Shown here one piece after another: positions 20,627-31,001 of a stretch of DNA of 64,000 nt. The stretch comes from Meyerozyma guilliermondii (taxonomy: Eukaryota). Location of the stretch: the NCBI GenBank assembly GCA_051546255.1, contig CP128818.1, positions 620,001 to 684,000 on the forward strand, read 5' to 3'. The notes under the pieces are model-generated. The model ran no database searches. It was given only the letters and a program-made list of their open reading frames with translations, and had not been told where the DNA came from. The translations under genes and the position numbers were made by a program. Numbering within the stretch: the stretch's first letter is position 1; every line of letters begins with the position of its first letter.

Positions 20627-22600
20627 TTATTGATTATTGGACACAAAATCTAGCCGTACTTTTATCTCTTCATAAAGCTCCTGATCAGCATGGCTGTTCA
20701 ATTCTTCGATCAAAGATGTCAAGAGAAACCTGTTTAGCGATCGCTGAATTCTCAGCATAAGCGACCCTTTCACAGAGTTTAATGTTCGCTCAAGATATCT
20801 CTTGCTCACTTCCGTGTCACCGTGAAATCTCCTGAAGAGTAGAAAATTTAGAATGGAAGTAAACGCAAGACCTGATTCTGAATTTGATATTTCCTCCAAA
20901 TTTTTGGTTTCAAGGTTCAGTACTAAATCACTGCTGTTCGTGCTGAATAATTCCTTGAGTGCCCAGTAAGTGATTAAAGGCATACAGCGAGAGAGTTCAT
21001 TGTGACTGAAAGCTTGAGGTTTGAAGTTTCTTGCGTAGCAGTCCAAATCCATGTACATCAAGGCTAAGTTTTCTGCCGCCGGGGCATCATTAATGCCAGG
21101 TTTCGTTGCATGATACTCGGATAACAGTAATAAGTGGATCGTTGAAAATACCTTGAGCTCGTCAGTCTTGCTTATTCCACTCAAATGTGGAGGTGCTAGC
21201 ACAGAGTAAGCTCGCATGCATTCATTGCCTACGTTAGCATCGACGCTTTTTCTGTTTTTCAATAGCAGGAAGTAGTATTCTGCCGTTTCTCGATGTTTAT
21301 CCGCTAGGCTAGAGATCCCAAAGAGATATAGAATATTGCTGATTGTATCATCTGTAACGAGCAGCTTTATGTCTTTTAATTCATTTCGATTGTGGACACG
21401 AACGATTTCTTCAATTTCTGAGTTGAAATTGGGCTTCTCTTTGAGGAAACTGGACCACGCCTGGTACACAATTATTGTATCTCTCAAGTGTGCTATCCGT
21501 GAACTCAATACGCCGTTTGACGAAGACTGTTGAATTTCGTTATCAATAAGATCCCTGCAATATTGTAGGGCCCTTGAGGATGCGTTACCTTTTGGGTTAT
21601 GTACAAGCATTTTAAGAGCGGTCAATGCGTAGTAAATAATAACAAACTCATTGGACGTCAACCACGATGCTTCGCAGAATATAGTGGTGATCTCCCCATC
21701 ACTAATTGGTAGAGGTAGCTCAATCTGAAAAGTACCTGTCTCTTTCCATTCAACCCACTTCTCGCTATGTTGGGCAGACACTAAAACGTTAAGTTCGTTC
21801 ATTACAATTTCCGACTCTTCGTGGCTGCCACTTTTCACTAAAATGGAAAACTTGAGAAGTAGAAGCATAGCTCTAAGTTGTATCGGGGATCTCTTGTTCT
21901 TAAACAATAATTCTTGAGCCTTGTCTAATTTTTCTTTGCAATCGTATGCCGGGTCGGTGTATGATAAGACATTGCAAAGGTACAACAAGCTTATGCCTCT
22001 TAAAAATGGATCGACAGAATGTCGTTCACTGAGTGTAAGCAAGGCATTTGTAGCCCCTATTGGATTAAAATGCATATACGAGGTCACTTTGAGCACTCGG
22101 AATAGGTCCGAAAGTTGGTGAAGTCCAAGCTCATCATATCTCGTTATTTTTTCTTCGACATAGCTTATGGACAATTTTGGATTGTTTTTGGCGAGTATTT
22201 GTCCTCCTATAAACTCGCTGACGAAGGATATCAATACGAGGTTGTTTCTCTTTGACAATTTCAACAGTCGCAATAGATAGGCCTCCGCTTTTTCTGGAAC
22301 TTCGCTTTCAACTAATGCAATAGCTATTTTCAAGTAAGTGAGCAGCTCAAGCTGTGGAGTGAGATATTCCGAGTAATGATGTAGAATAAATTCCAAGCAT
22401 TTCAATGCATACGAGAGCAACGTATACCTGTGAAGTAGGTCATCTTTGCTCTTCGAGATATAAGCATCACTGGTGCGTAGTAATTTTATAACTCGGTTGC
22501 TTTCTGACCCATTGTTAGCATTAATGGGAAACTTGAAATGGTCACTCGAAAATATTGGAATATGTTCATCATATGGATCGCCACTTAGTGACGTGGTCAT
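20627..22600 (-). CDS. SCC4: Cohesin loader subunit Scc4/MAU2-like
   Basis: Helical-repeat protein with YALKCLE..LTPQLELLTYLKIA..AEAYL and WLTSNEFVIIYY resembling the Cohesin_load family; CGCG (MCB-like) motifs upstream. Confidence 0.7.
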   Translation of the reverse strand: MTTSLSGDPYDEHIPIFSSDHFKFPINANNGSESNRVIKLLRTSDAYISKSKDDLLHRYTLLSYALKCLEFILHHYSEYLTPQLELLTYLKIAIALVESEVPEKAEAYLLRLLKLSKRNNLVLISFVSEFIGGQILAKNNPKLSISYVEEKITRYDELGLHQLSDLFRVLKVTSYMHFNPIGATNALLTLSERHSVDPFLRGISLLYLCNVLSYTDPAYDCKEKLDKAQELLFKNKRSPIQLRAMLLLLKFSILVKSGSHEESEIVMNELNVLVSAQHSEKWVEWKETGTFQIELPLPISDGEITTIFCEASWLTSNEFVIIYYALTALKMLVHNPKGNASSRALQYCRDLIDNEIQQSSSNGVLSSRIAHLRDTIIVYQAWSSFLKEKPNFNSEIEEIVRVHNRNELKDIKLLVTDDTISNILYLFGISSLADKHRETAEYYFLLLKNRKSVDANVGNECMRAYSVLAPPHLSGISKTDELKVFSTIHLLLLSEYHATKPGINDAPAAENLALMYMDLDCYARNFKPQAFSHNELSRCMPLITYWALKELFSTNSSDLVLNLETKNLEEISNSESGLAFTSILNFLLFRRFHGDTEVSKRYLERTLNSVKGSLMLRIQRSLNRFLLTSLIEELNSHADQELYEEIKVRLDFVSNNQ

Positions 22601-22732
22601 ATTTTAATATTTCAATGCAAGATCAGTAATGGATGTACTCTGCGCGTCTGGTGGGTGCGCGAACTACAATCAATTACGCTCTCAATTTACCACTGTAATA
22701 TTATGTAAGGGATATTGTCTAATAGAGGTCTT

Positions 22733-24436
22733 TTAACCGGAAGGCAGCGTAAGCTTCTTGACTTCCTCGCTGAGCTTTCTTCTTCTTATTCGCTCTTCGC
22801 TCAATTCAAGCTCATACTGATCTTGGATATCACTGATAATTTTCTTAAATTCTTTTCGTAATATTGCCGTACTGGTAGAGTTACCAAACGAGCTGGGACG
22901 GGCAACAAACGCAGAATTGAGTTGCAGTGAATTTGTATTGTCTTCTGCATCGGCACCGCTCACGCTGGTATTCAAGTTCTCAGACGATCCAAGCGTGTTA
23001 AAGCTTGAAATGGGAGATAAATTATTTCCTCTTTTGGGGGACGACCCAGTCTTCAGGCCGAGCCTGTCGATCTTTAAGAAACTCACTTCTTTTTTCAACC
23101 TGGCGATCTCGGCATCCTTCGCCTTTGTTGTATCAAGGTCTTCTGTTTGGTCTCCAGCTCCCATTCTTAGCTTTCTCACTTCGTTTTCTAGCATGTCAAT
23201 CTTCCTACGGTTGTCTTGAATAACTTTCCCTGAGTTTTCCTTTGAGAATTCATACTCCTTCGCGAGGTATTGGTGGGCGAAGCGTAAATCATTGAGTGCT
23301 GTTTTATATTCTGTCAAAGACATCGCATCTCCCGTAGTTGATTTAGATGGTGAAACGCTTGGTGACACATATTGGTTGGGAAGGTTGCCATCGTTACTGT
23401 TGCGTAACGTTGTATCATTCGCATACATAGTGTCACCGGCAGAACTTTCCGCTTGGTCCCTAGAGATAGCTGATTGAAGAATAGCATCGATGCAAGTCTT
23501 GGTCCAATTGGTTCGACTTTCAATATGATCCAAATTATTGCTTGAGGGTGATGGTGGAGGTGGGAGAGAAATTCCACGCTGAGCGGCCACCGAAGCCACA
23601 TGCGAGAATAGACTATCGAAAGAACGGCTAACATTCTCGAGCAACTCTGGATTTTTATATGGAGGTCTGTCTTTGTTCGTGGAGCCAGCAGGTGATCCTG
23701 AGGAATTCATGGAGGCAGTAGTGCCATTGAGTGAGGAAAGCTTGACATCTTCAACGTAGCCGAGGACCAAGCACGCCAAATTGTGATTGGTCAAAATTGA
23801 GTTGATTGAATCCACTCGCTCGGAGATGTCGATGAGTTGTTGAGAAAGTTCGCTTGTCAGTTTTATTAATCTCAAGAGAAGGCCTGGTTCGAGTTCGATA
23901 TCCGAGGATTCAGAGTTGGTAATCATGGTCCTCAAAAACTGCTGCGACACATTGTATTTTGAGGAAAGAAAGTGTTTGAGTTCTCTCTGCTCTTGAAGAC
24001 TCTGTTTGAGGTCTTTCAAGGATGACAATGAAAGTATCGCATCCTTATTTACTTTCGATGTATCAAACACCGAATTTTCAATCAAAATCTTTAGGTTGAG
24101 ATAATTAGGGCTCTCTTCAACCTCACTCACGGGCAGGCGCGTTTCTATGTCACTGTCAGACCCAGGGGTGGAAGAGAGGCTTGGCACAGAATCTCGTAAT
24201 TGTACCTGTCCCAGTTCAATAGTGCTCTGGAGGTGGCCATTAAACGCCCCTTGCAAAACGTGGGAGTGTAATATGTTTAGGGATGGAAGGTTGGACGCCA
24301 AGTCCTTGAGCTTACTTCGGTACAGCTCTTGCAATTGAAACTTCAATAGTTCGGGGGTAGTATTGTCAACATTGTATGAAGAGTCGTCGTTCACGTTGAA
24401 CGGAGAAAGGCTGCTAAAGTGTGGGGGACCAACCAT
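22733..24436 (-). CDS. Coiled-coil protein with Uds1 (up-regulated during septation)-like domain
   Basis: ILSLSSLKDLK...LTNHNLACLVLG and C-terminal LRKEFKKII..EERIRRRKL resemble fungal Uds1-domain proteins. Confidence 0.55.
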   Translation of the reverse strand: MVGPPHFSSLSPFNVNDDSSYNVDNTTPELLKFQLQELYRSKLKDLASNLPSLNILHSHVLQGAFNGHLQSTIELGQVQLRDSVPSLSSTPGSDSDIETRLPVSEVEESPNYLNLKILIENSVFDTSKVNKDAILSLSSLKDLKQSLQEQRELKHFLSSKYNVSQQFLRTMITNSESSDIELEPGLLLRLIKLTSELSQQLIDISERVDSINSILTNHNLACLVLGYVEDVKLSSLNGTTASMNSSGSPAGSTNKDRPPYKNPELLENVSRSFDSLFSHVASVAAQRGISLPPPPSPSSNNLDHIESRTNWTKTCIDAILQSAISRDQAESSAGDTMYANDTTLRNSNDGNLPNQYVSPSVSPSKSTTGDAMSLTEYKTALNDLRFAHQYLAKEYEFSKENSGKVIQDNRRKIDMLENEVRKLRMGAGDQTEDLDTTKAKDAEIARLKKEVSFLKIDRLGLKTGSSPKRGNNLSPISSFNTLGSSENLNTSVSGADAEDNTNSLQLNSAFVARPSSFGNSTSTAILRKEFKKIISDIQDQYELELSEERIRRRKLSEEVKKLTLPSG

Positions 24437-24544
24437 CTTGATTAATAGGAGAAAGCCGTTGGAGTGTCGGCAGTATTAGGATGTGAGACGAGCAGATGTG
24501 GGATTCGCAAGTTCAGGTTTATCAATTTTCACTACCGCGTCCCT

Positions 24545-24562
24545 TCACGTGATCGGACGCGT
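24545..24562. promoter_or_regulatory. E-box TCACGTGA plus MCB element ACGCGT in the divergent promoter next to APN2
   Basis: TCACGTGA at 24545-24552, ACGCGT at 24557-24562. Confidence 0.45.
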
Positions 24563-24976
24563 CCAGTGTAGGAAAGAAGCAAAATGGCTGCAATGTGTAG
24601 AGGGAAACTCGAGTAAATAGGTTTACAAAAGGAGAGTGGTGGCCACAGCTCAAGTAATTTATATAAAGTGTTCAAAAGGGTGAAAACTGTGATTTATTTG
24701 GTAAAATTCACTATTTCAACTATTTGCAATATTCTGGAAATATGTAAAAGGACTTTCAATCATGAGCTCGAGAAGAGGTTACAAACTTTTAATGAAAAAG
24801 GAGGGGATTGTAATACTTTATTAAGTTTATAACAAGAGTCTACCCCTTCTACTTGCACTAACCTAGTATCTTTACCTGGCTCCTTATTTCATACCTGGAA
24901 GAGAGGGAAGAGAGGTAAGAGAGGATCCTTACACCGGAGTATTTGTGACCTTGAGCTGTCTCTCAATATCAGTCGC

Positions 24977-26608
24977 ATGGTTAATGATTATAATGATAAA
25001 ACGCAACGAATACCTGATAAGAAGAGCTCGAGAACATTGCGTCTAGTCACATTCAACGTAAATGGTGTTAAGACAATATTCAATTATCATCCGTGGAACG
25101 GTCATAAACAGTGCTTTGATACACTGCTTCAATACTTGAAGGCTGACATTGTTTCACTTCAAGAACTAAAGCTTACTGCCCAAAACCTCTCGAGCACAAA
25201 GATTGGAAACACTCAGAAATATAGGTCCTTTGTAAGTGTTCCGAAGACGAAAAAAGGGTATAGTGGTGTTGGACTCTTTGTTCGTATACCTAATGAGAAT
25301 GAGGATGCCGTTTTGAAAAAGAATCTCTCAGTGGCCAAAGCCGAAGAGGGTCTCACCGGGTATTTGTTCTCGCCAGATAAAAAGGGTCTGAGATATCGTG
25401 AGCTAGCGGTGGAAGAGTGTATAGGCTGTTATCCCACGGACATCGATGATGAGACTTGTTCTAAGTTGGACTCGGAAGGTCGCTGCATAAGTGTGCAGTT
25501 GGCAAGTGGTTTGATAATCTTTTCCCTATATTGCCCTGCAAACTCATCGGGTACCGAGGAAGGTGAGATTCAAAGACTTCTATTCCTAAGAGTGTTATTA
25601 GAACGTTGCAAGAGGCTTGAAGAGAAAGGAAACGAAGTAATTATCATGGGTGACATTAACGTGGCACTTGACCTTATTGATCACGCCGACTACATGAGGG
25701 AGTCTTTCAAGCAAGGCACATTAAAGCATTCCTTGAACAGCTCCGGGGATGGATCCGAACTCGAAAAGCTCAACTTGGCCGAGTGTCTCAAGTTCAAAGA
25801 TTCAACGCCCGCTCGTTCCTTACTCAATGCATACGTACATCCAAGCAGTGAAAGCATGTTGGTTGCAAATTCAAGCAAGCAATTTTTATATGACACCACG
25901 CGAGAGGTTCAAAAGCGCCGTTTGGGAATGTACACTGTATGGAATACTTTGACCGGTGCTCGTCAGTCTAACTTTGGATCTCGTATTGACTTGATTTTAA
26001 CAAGCTCAAAGGCTCTTTGCAAGAATGTGTCTTCTGCTAATATCTGGCCCTTTCTTCATGGTTCCGACCACTGCCCCGTTTATACCGATTTCGAGGTTCA
26101 AGATGTTGAAAAGGAGCCGCCGCTGATCATGCCATTGAAACTAGAAGCCAAGAGCCACTACAAGCTTGTTCAACATCGAGACATTTCACAGATGTTTAAG
26201 TCGAAAGCCAGGACGACCTCTGACAAAGAAAGCGACAAAGCAGATGTTCCCGCTGATAGTAAGCGCAAGAAAACTCCCTACGTAAGTCGAAAAAAAACAC
26301 TCGATAATAATCAAAGACTGATTAAAACATTTTTCTTTTCTGACAACCAGAAAGAGGATGATATAAAATTTGAAGATACAAAGCCAAAATCAGCTGCTGG
26401 CACTCGACTGGCAATTGACCTTCAACATTACTCCAAAATACTCTACGGCGAAACCCCATATTGCAAACATGGTGAGCTTGCTGAGCTAAAAACCAGTTTT
26501 AAAAACCCCAAAACCAAGGGTAAAAAGTTCTGGAGCTGTGCAAGACCTACGAACATAGACTCAAAATGTGATTTCTTCAAGTGGGCAGAGCCAAAAAAGG
26601 AAACATAG
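24977..26608 (+). CDS. APN2: AP endonuclease 2 (ExoIII family plus GRF zinc finger)
   Basis: TFNVNG, LQELK, MGDIN, GSRID, GSDHCPV; PYCKHGE..KFWSCAR..CDFFKW. Confidence 0.95.
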   Translation: MVNDYNDKTQRIPDKKSSRTLRLVTFNVNGVKTIFNYHPWNGHKQCFDTLLQYLKADIVSLQELKLTAQNLSSTKIGNTQKYRSFVSVPKTKKGYSGVGLFVRIPNENEDAVLKKNLSVAKAEEGLTGYLFSPDKKGLRYRELAVEECIGCYPTDIDDETCSKLDSEGRCISVQLASGLIIFSLYCPANSSGTEEGEIQRLLFLRVLLERCKRLEEKGNEVIIMGDINVALDLIDHADYMRESFKQGTLKHSLNSSGDGSELEKLNLAECLKFKDSTPARSLLNAYVHPSSESMLVANSSKQFLYDTTREVQKRRLGMYTVWNTLTGARQSNFGSRIDLILTSSKALCKNVSSANIWPFLHGSDHCPVYTDFEVQDVEKEPPLIMPLKLEAKSHYKLVQHRDISQMFKSKARTTSDKESDKADVPADSKRKKTPYVSRKKTLDNNQRLIKTFFFSDNQKEDDIKFEDTKPKSAAGTRLAIDLQHYSKILYGETPYCKHGELAELKTSFKNPKTKGKKFWSCARPTNIDSKCDFFKWAEPKKET

Positions 26609-26787
26609 AATACTACAGTTAAACTTCATCAACTCGTTAATTTCTATGAGATGTTGCTGATTCCCGTCCATAATATACCGTAACAATGCTGTCGCAAGAG
26701 CCAAACAAGAAACGTAAAACTCTCTCGCATATCTGAACTAGCATGTGTACTAAGATACAATCATTCTTGTTTGACGTCAGGTAGTAC

Positions 26788-27510
26788 TCACGACTTTCTG
26801 AATTCGCTCAACACCGGATAGATAGCTTCGAAGGCATCGTAAATTTCTTCTCTTTGCTTTGCTCCAGTAAGAACAATTCTCCCTGAAACAAAAATCAAAA
26901 GAACAATTTTTGGCTTGACCATTCTATAAATTAGACCAGGGAACAATTCGGGCTCATAGGACGAGAAAGTTCCGTGTGAAAAGGCCAAACCTTCGAGTCT
27001 AATAGGAAATTTAACATCACAAGAACCAACTATATTTTGAATTTTGAAGTCGGTAAATTTCGCATTGAAACCCAACTTTTGTATGATTCTAGCGTATTTT
27101 CTTGATGCAAGTTTAGAATCATCTTCGGATTTGGCACCAGTAACGACCATCTTTCCCGAAGCAAAAATTAACGCTGTCGTCTTTGGCTCTCGGATTCTCA
27201 TGATGACAGCTGCAAAACGCTTTGGGTTATACTCGGCATTACGAGCATGTAATGCAATAGTCTTCAAATCCAAACGACAGTCGAGATTCACAGTTGCCAC
27301 TATATTCTGAAGGGTGGGTACAATACCAGATGTGGCGCCGTCATCTTGATGTTGGTTAGGTTCCACGACGTCACTTCTGTCTTCTTCTTTTTTTAAATAG
27401 TTGGCTTCTTGCTTGGATTCGCCATCAAATCCTTGAGGAAACGTCAAGGAATTTGGTGCCGTGTACACTTTAGCCTGAGCGGCAGTGGTTGGTAATTTTA
27501 ATGAGTCCAT
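26788..27510 (-). CDS. SPT15: TATA-binding protein
   Basis: [16 protein letters not shown]...[30 protein letters not shown] core repeats. Confidence 0.99.
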   Translation of the reverse strand: MDSLKLPTTAAQAKVYTAPNSLTFPQGFDGESKQEANYLKKEEDRSDVVEPNQHQDDGATSGIVPTLQNIVATVNLDCRLDLKTIALHARNAEYNPKRFAAVIMRIREPKTTALIFASGKMVVTGAKSEDDSKLASRKYARIIQKLGFNAKFTDFKIQNIVGSCDVKFPIRLEGLAFSHGTFSSYEPELFPGLIYRMVKPKIVLLIFVSGRIVLTGAKQREEIYDAFEAIYPVLSEFRKS

Positions 27511-27719
27511 GGTGTGACAAGTGGAATCTATGAAATGACTGAGAAGTACAAACTAATGTTTCCCAAAATAATGCGGTAACTGTCTATTAAACTAGTCAGT
27601 ACTCAGGATGCTTTGTATGTATCTGCCGCACCAATATAATAATTTGTGACACAAAAGCAAATCCTTATCGAATGAGAAATCGGGGGATTGCGATCTCCTT
27701 TTATACTCGCGCGCGAAAT

Positions 27720-27727
27720 CCGGGTAA
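27720..27727 (+). promoter_or_regulatory. Reb1-type site CCGGGTAA upstream of TBP
   Basis: Exact 8-mer; the same 8-mer is intergenic at 15480, 46663 and 60762. Confidence 0.55.
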
Positions 27728-27870
27728 CCGCACTCTTTTTGATATTAACTTTCTTTTTGAGATGCTAATACGCCCACAGCCAGCAAGATTAATTGGTGAT
27801 GTTGATGATGAACAGTTTCTTCTACTGATACAAAATAATTTATGCAAGGACACAAGGGCTACCCAACCAA

Positions 27871-28260
27871 CTAACGCTCTTTCAACAACTTATTTCTTTT
27901 CTCCTTCTTTCTAAGGCGCTCCACCTTTTTAGCATGCATTTTCGCGGCAAGTTTTTCATACCTTTCTTTCTCCTCCTTTATCTCTCGTCTTCGTTTCAAG
28001 TCGGCAATTCTTTGCTTCTTCACGTCCTCCTTTTCTTGCTTTAGCTCCTGTAAGCGGGCACGATACTGCTGTTCCTGCAACTTTTTTGCCTCCCTTTCCT
28101 TGAAATTACTAGGTTTTGTAACACCTAGGCGTTTTATTCTAAATGGATCTTTCTGTCCTTTCCAGTCTTTTCCATTCACCCTCGATCCCTTTCCAGGGTC
28201 TTTGAGGCCTTCGATTGGATTTTCCACCTCCTTGGGAGTCTCCTCGATAGTAGAACCCAT
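27871..28260 (-). CDS. CGR1: rRNA-processing protein Cgr1
   Basis: RVNGKDWK, KEEKERYEKLAAKMHAKKVERLRKKEKRNKLLKER; PAC (GATGAG 28295) and RRPE-like (AAAATTT) motifs upstream. Confidence 0.93.
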   Translation of the reverse strand: MGSTIEETPKEVENPIEGLKDPGKGSRVNGKDWKGQKDPFRIKRLGVTKPSNFKEREAKKLQEQQYRARLQELKQEKEDVKKQRIADLKRRREIKEEKERYEKLAAKMHAKKVERLRKKEKRNKLLKER

Positions 28261-28400
28261 GCTAATGTATGGTCAGTAACTTGAGTTTAGACAAGATGAG
28301 CAGCCACAAAATTTGTCGCGAAGCCGCACATCAAGATCCGGTATATAAACATATCTACTGGTCCCCCACATCAATATCCTATTTCATAAATAGCAGCTCG

Positions 28401-29609
28401 TTATAAATCGTGAACGGAGCTTTGTTTATCAATCTCCAATGTCGCCTTTCTGACCCATCTTCTAGATCTAGTATACTTTGAGAAACCGTCCTGGAAACTT
28501 TCGTTTTGCCAATTGTTGTCGTAGTAGACCCATCCTTCTTTGCCCTTGCCCTTATTAAATTCGTAATCAATGCTCCATACTTCGTCATTCCAGTCCCACA
28601 GGTAGGTATATAAATCGTTCTCGAATACTGGAAATGGAAAATTGTCTGAGGTTTCCGAGTCCGAAACCACGGGAGCGGCTTGCATAGATTGGTTGTAGCA
28701 AAAGCTGGGGCGCTCGTTAGGGAGGGTAAACTTGGACCAGCCGATACCTATCCAGCGCCTTTCATTTTCGAGAACCTCGAACAAAACCGTCTGCTTCAAC
28801 TTTGTTGCCGAAACAATATATTTCTTGAGGATTTTGAAATCAGTGAGCAATTGCGAGGTTTTGGCGCCGGACTGGATGTCTTCTACGTCGCTGGTTGCAG
28901 CGCTCTGAACTCGCGATATGCCCCGATGATGATTTTGGTTTTTGCGATCCAACTTGATATCGATCCCTGTAATGTAGAATGCGAGTATTCTAACATACAC
29001 CGATCTCCATAACAACCTCCGAATAGAATATGACCATGGGGAGTGATAAGTTAGCATGAAAAGACCGAGTATCCAGGTGAATCCGGTGGGTGATAATACA
29101 GTTCTCACAATAAATAAATGGAATGGAGTCAAGAGTGCCGTCATCATGAAAGCTTTGGCAAAGTTGCGAGGTCCCAAGTAAAAATGCTGAATAGGCCGCA
29201 ATAACAATTCAAAACGAACTGTTATATTGTGTAACGTGTAGAGAACTTCATCTATCGTTGGTTTTTCGTTGTACTTTGAATCATGCATGACTGAGCTGAT
29301 CGACCACACGAGGGCGGAGAATGTAAGACACAACAAAAACGGTAATATAGCAATGCTGACGATGTGCCAATATAAAACAACAATCGAAAACAACACCGCG
29401 ATTAGAAAGTTCTGATATGCGTCTTCATTCGTCCAAGTGATGATTTCAAGAAAGTTGTCTATTAGGAGCAAGTATGGAAATATGCTGGAAAGAGCCGAGG
29501 CAAGAATTGGACAATCTACTAGGAGTTGCGTATTGGAAGTGGTTGTAAGCAACTTGGCGTCCGATGGTTGGAACGATGCGTACAAGCCCTCATCTGGCTT
29601 CTCTGGCAT
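28401..29609 (-). CDS. Pex23/Pex30-32 family peroxin (reticulon-like plus dysferlin domain)
   Basis: PTIDEVLYTL, LTYHSPW, FEVLENERRWIGIGW, GWVYYDNNW, KYTRSRRWVR; likely start MPEK at 29609. Confidence 0.88.
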   Translation of the reverse strand: MPEKPDEGLYASFQPSDAKLLTTTSNTQLLVDCPILASALSSIFPYLLLIDNFLEIITWTNEDAYQNFLIAVLFSIVVLYWHIVSIAILPFLLCLTFSALVWSISSVMHDSKYNEKPTIDEVLYTLHNITVRFELLLRPIQHFYLGPRNFAKAFMMTALLTPFHLFIVRTVLSPTGFTWILGLFMLTYHSPWSYSIRRLLWRSVYVRILAFYITGIDIKLDRKNQNHHRGISRVQSAATSDVEDIQSGAKTSQLLTDFKILKKYIVSATKLKQTVLFEVLENERRWIGIGWSKFTLPNERPSFCYNQSMQAAPVVSDSETSDNFPFPVFENDLYTYLWDWNDEVWSIDYEFNKGKGKEGWVYYDNNWQNESFQDGFSKYTRSRRWVRKATLEIDKQSSVHDL

Positions 29610-30024
29610 GGTGCACTTGGTTGCAATATGAAGACAGCTCGATAAAATCGGCCGCAAGTGCATGTGCACAATGCGGGGGAGAAAATTACACAAAAGCGAG
29701 ACTTTTTCATGAGTAGGAAGAAGAGAAGAATTGTGGTGCAATCGAGAAAGTCACGACATCAGGTACATATAGAGCAAGTAGGGAGGCATTAAATTTGACA
29801 AATAGGTTTCTTTTCATTGCGAAGGACCTCGGTTGGTACGTACTGTATTGCAAATTTTAACGAAAAAAAAAACTTTCGCAGAGTAAAATGCGCATTTGAG
29901 TGAAAGGAAGTCGAGCAGTTTATACGATCAAAAACAAGGTTAAAACTATACTACATGACCATTAGGAGTGGAGTCCCTCATCTAAGCTCTGATATTCTCA
30001 AGCTGCGCACACACAACAAGAAGA

Positions 30025-30098
30025 GGTCGCGTGGTCTAGTTGGTTATGGCATCTGCTTAACACGCAGAACGTCCCCAGTTCGATCCTGGGCGTGATCA
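30025..30098 (+). tRNA. tRNA-Val(AAC)
   Basis: Acceptor GGTCGCG/CGTGATC, anticodon arm TCTGC-TTAACAC-GCAGA, T-loop GTTCGATCC, T-run terminator just downstream. Confidence 0.97.
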
Positions 30099-30251
30099 AT
30101 TCTTTTTTGCTTTTTCACTTTTTTTCTGGTGTTGCAGATCATGTGCTGTGTATATACACTTATACATGCTACACACGCTAAAATTCCACCTACAGAGCAA
30201 TATAATCTCCTGTCTATCATTAAGGCGTAAATTTCTAAATACAAGTAAAGT

Positions 30252-30875
30252 TCAATTCTCTTGAGTCTTAGGTTTCTTTTCGTGAGCTTGTAACTCCGCT
30301 TGTTCGTCTAAGTATCTCTTCCATTCGGGCACTGGAGGTGGTTGCTTCTTCTTCAAATCGGCCTCATACATCGATAAAATGATGGTACTCAACAACAACA
30401 CCACAGTAATACCTTGAGCGTACACTCTTGCTTGCACAACCTTCTGTGCAGTGCTCATGTAAGGGTCTCTATCAACGATTCTCCACGATCCATATAATGA
30501 TCCAGCCCAAGCACCGATGATAATCTTGTACTTGTGTTGGTTCAACGACGTAGCAATCTTCTCCCCGGTGGTCATCTTACCCCACTTGGACTCTTGCTCT
30601 TCTTCAAGCTTCAGGTAGTAATCCGAACGATACTTTTGTTCGTCATATCTGACCGAACCTTGATCGGCGAAAAATGCAGCGGAACTGATTGTAGGCATTG
30701 CCCACAAAGCGGCTTTCATGGATGCGTTGAAATGACTGTATGCAGCGGGATTCTTTTTCTTAATGAGAGTAACAAGACCGAATGACAACCCTAAACCTAC
30801 AAGAGTACCTTTGGCGCCCTCTTGCAAGACGACGTTCCAGTGTTCGTTTTTTTCTTCGTCTGAAAGAATTTTCAT
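30252..30875 (-). CDS. RCF2: Respiratory supercomplex factor 2 (HIG1 domain)
   Basis: KYKIIIGAWAGSL and AQKVVQARVYAQGITV HIG1 motif. Confidence 0.92.
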   Translation of the reverse strand: MKILSDEEKNEHWNVVLQEGAKGTLVGLGLSFGLVTLIKKKNPAAYSHFNASMKAALWAMPTISSAAFFADQGSVRYDEQKYRSDYYLKLEEEQESKWGKMTTGEKIATSLNQHKYKIIIGAWAGSLYGSWRIVDRDPYMSTAQKVVQARVYAQGITVVLLLSTIILSMYEADLKKKQPPPVPEWKRYLDEQAELQAHEKKPKTQEN

Positions 30876-31001
30876 GTTTAATGGATGCTAGCAAATGGTA
30901 ACGCTCTCCACCTTTTATATTTTGTGAGCCGGTTACTTCCGAGCCAATTGCTGACATAAGTGCGCATATTATTGCTCAAGGTTCCGTCGGGAAAAAGAAA
31001 C

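Noticed and set aside
24898..24924. AAGAGAGG x3 purine repeat upstream of APN2
   Set aside because: Short low-complexity repeat with no spacers or other structure
26878..26880. TBP has SGRIV where SGKIV is usual
   Set aside because: Single conservative K>R change; significance cannot be judged without an alignment
28262..28279. Branch-point-like TACTGAC and TAG just before the CGR1 ATG (minus strand)
   Set aside because: No 5' splice donor found upstream before the neighbouring gene
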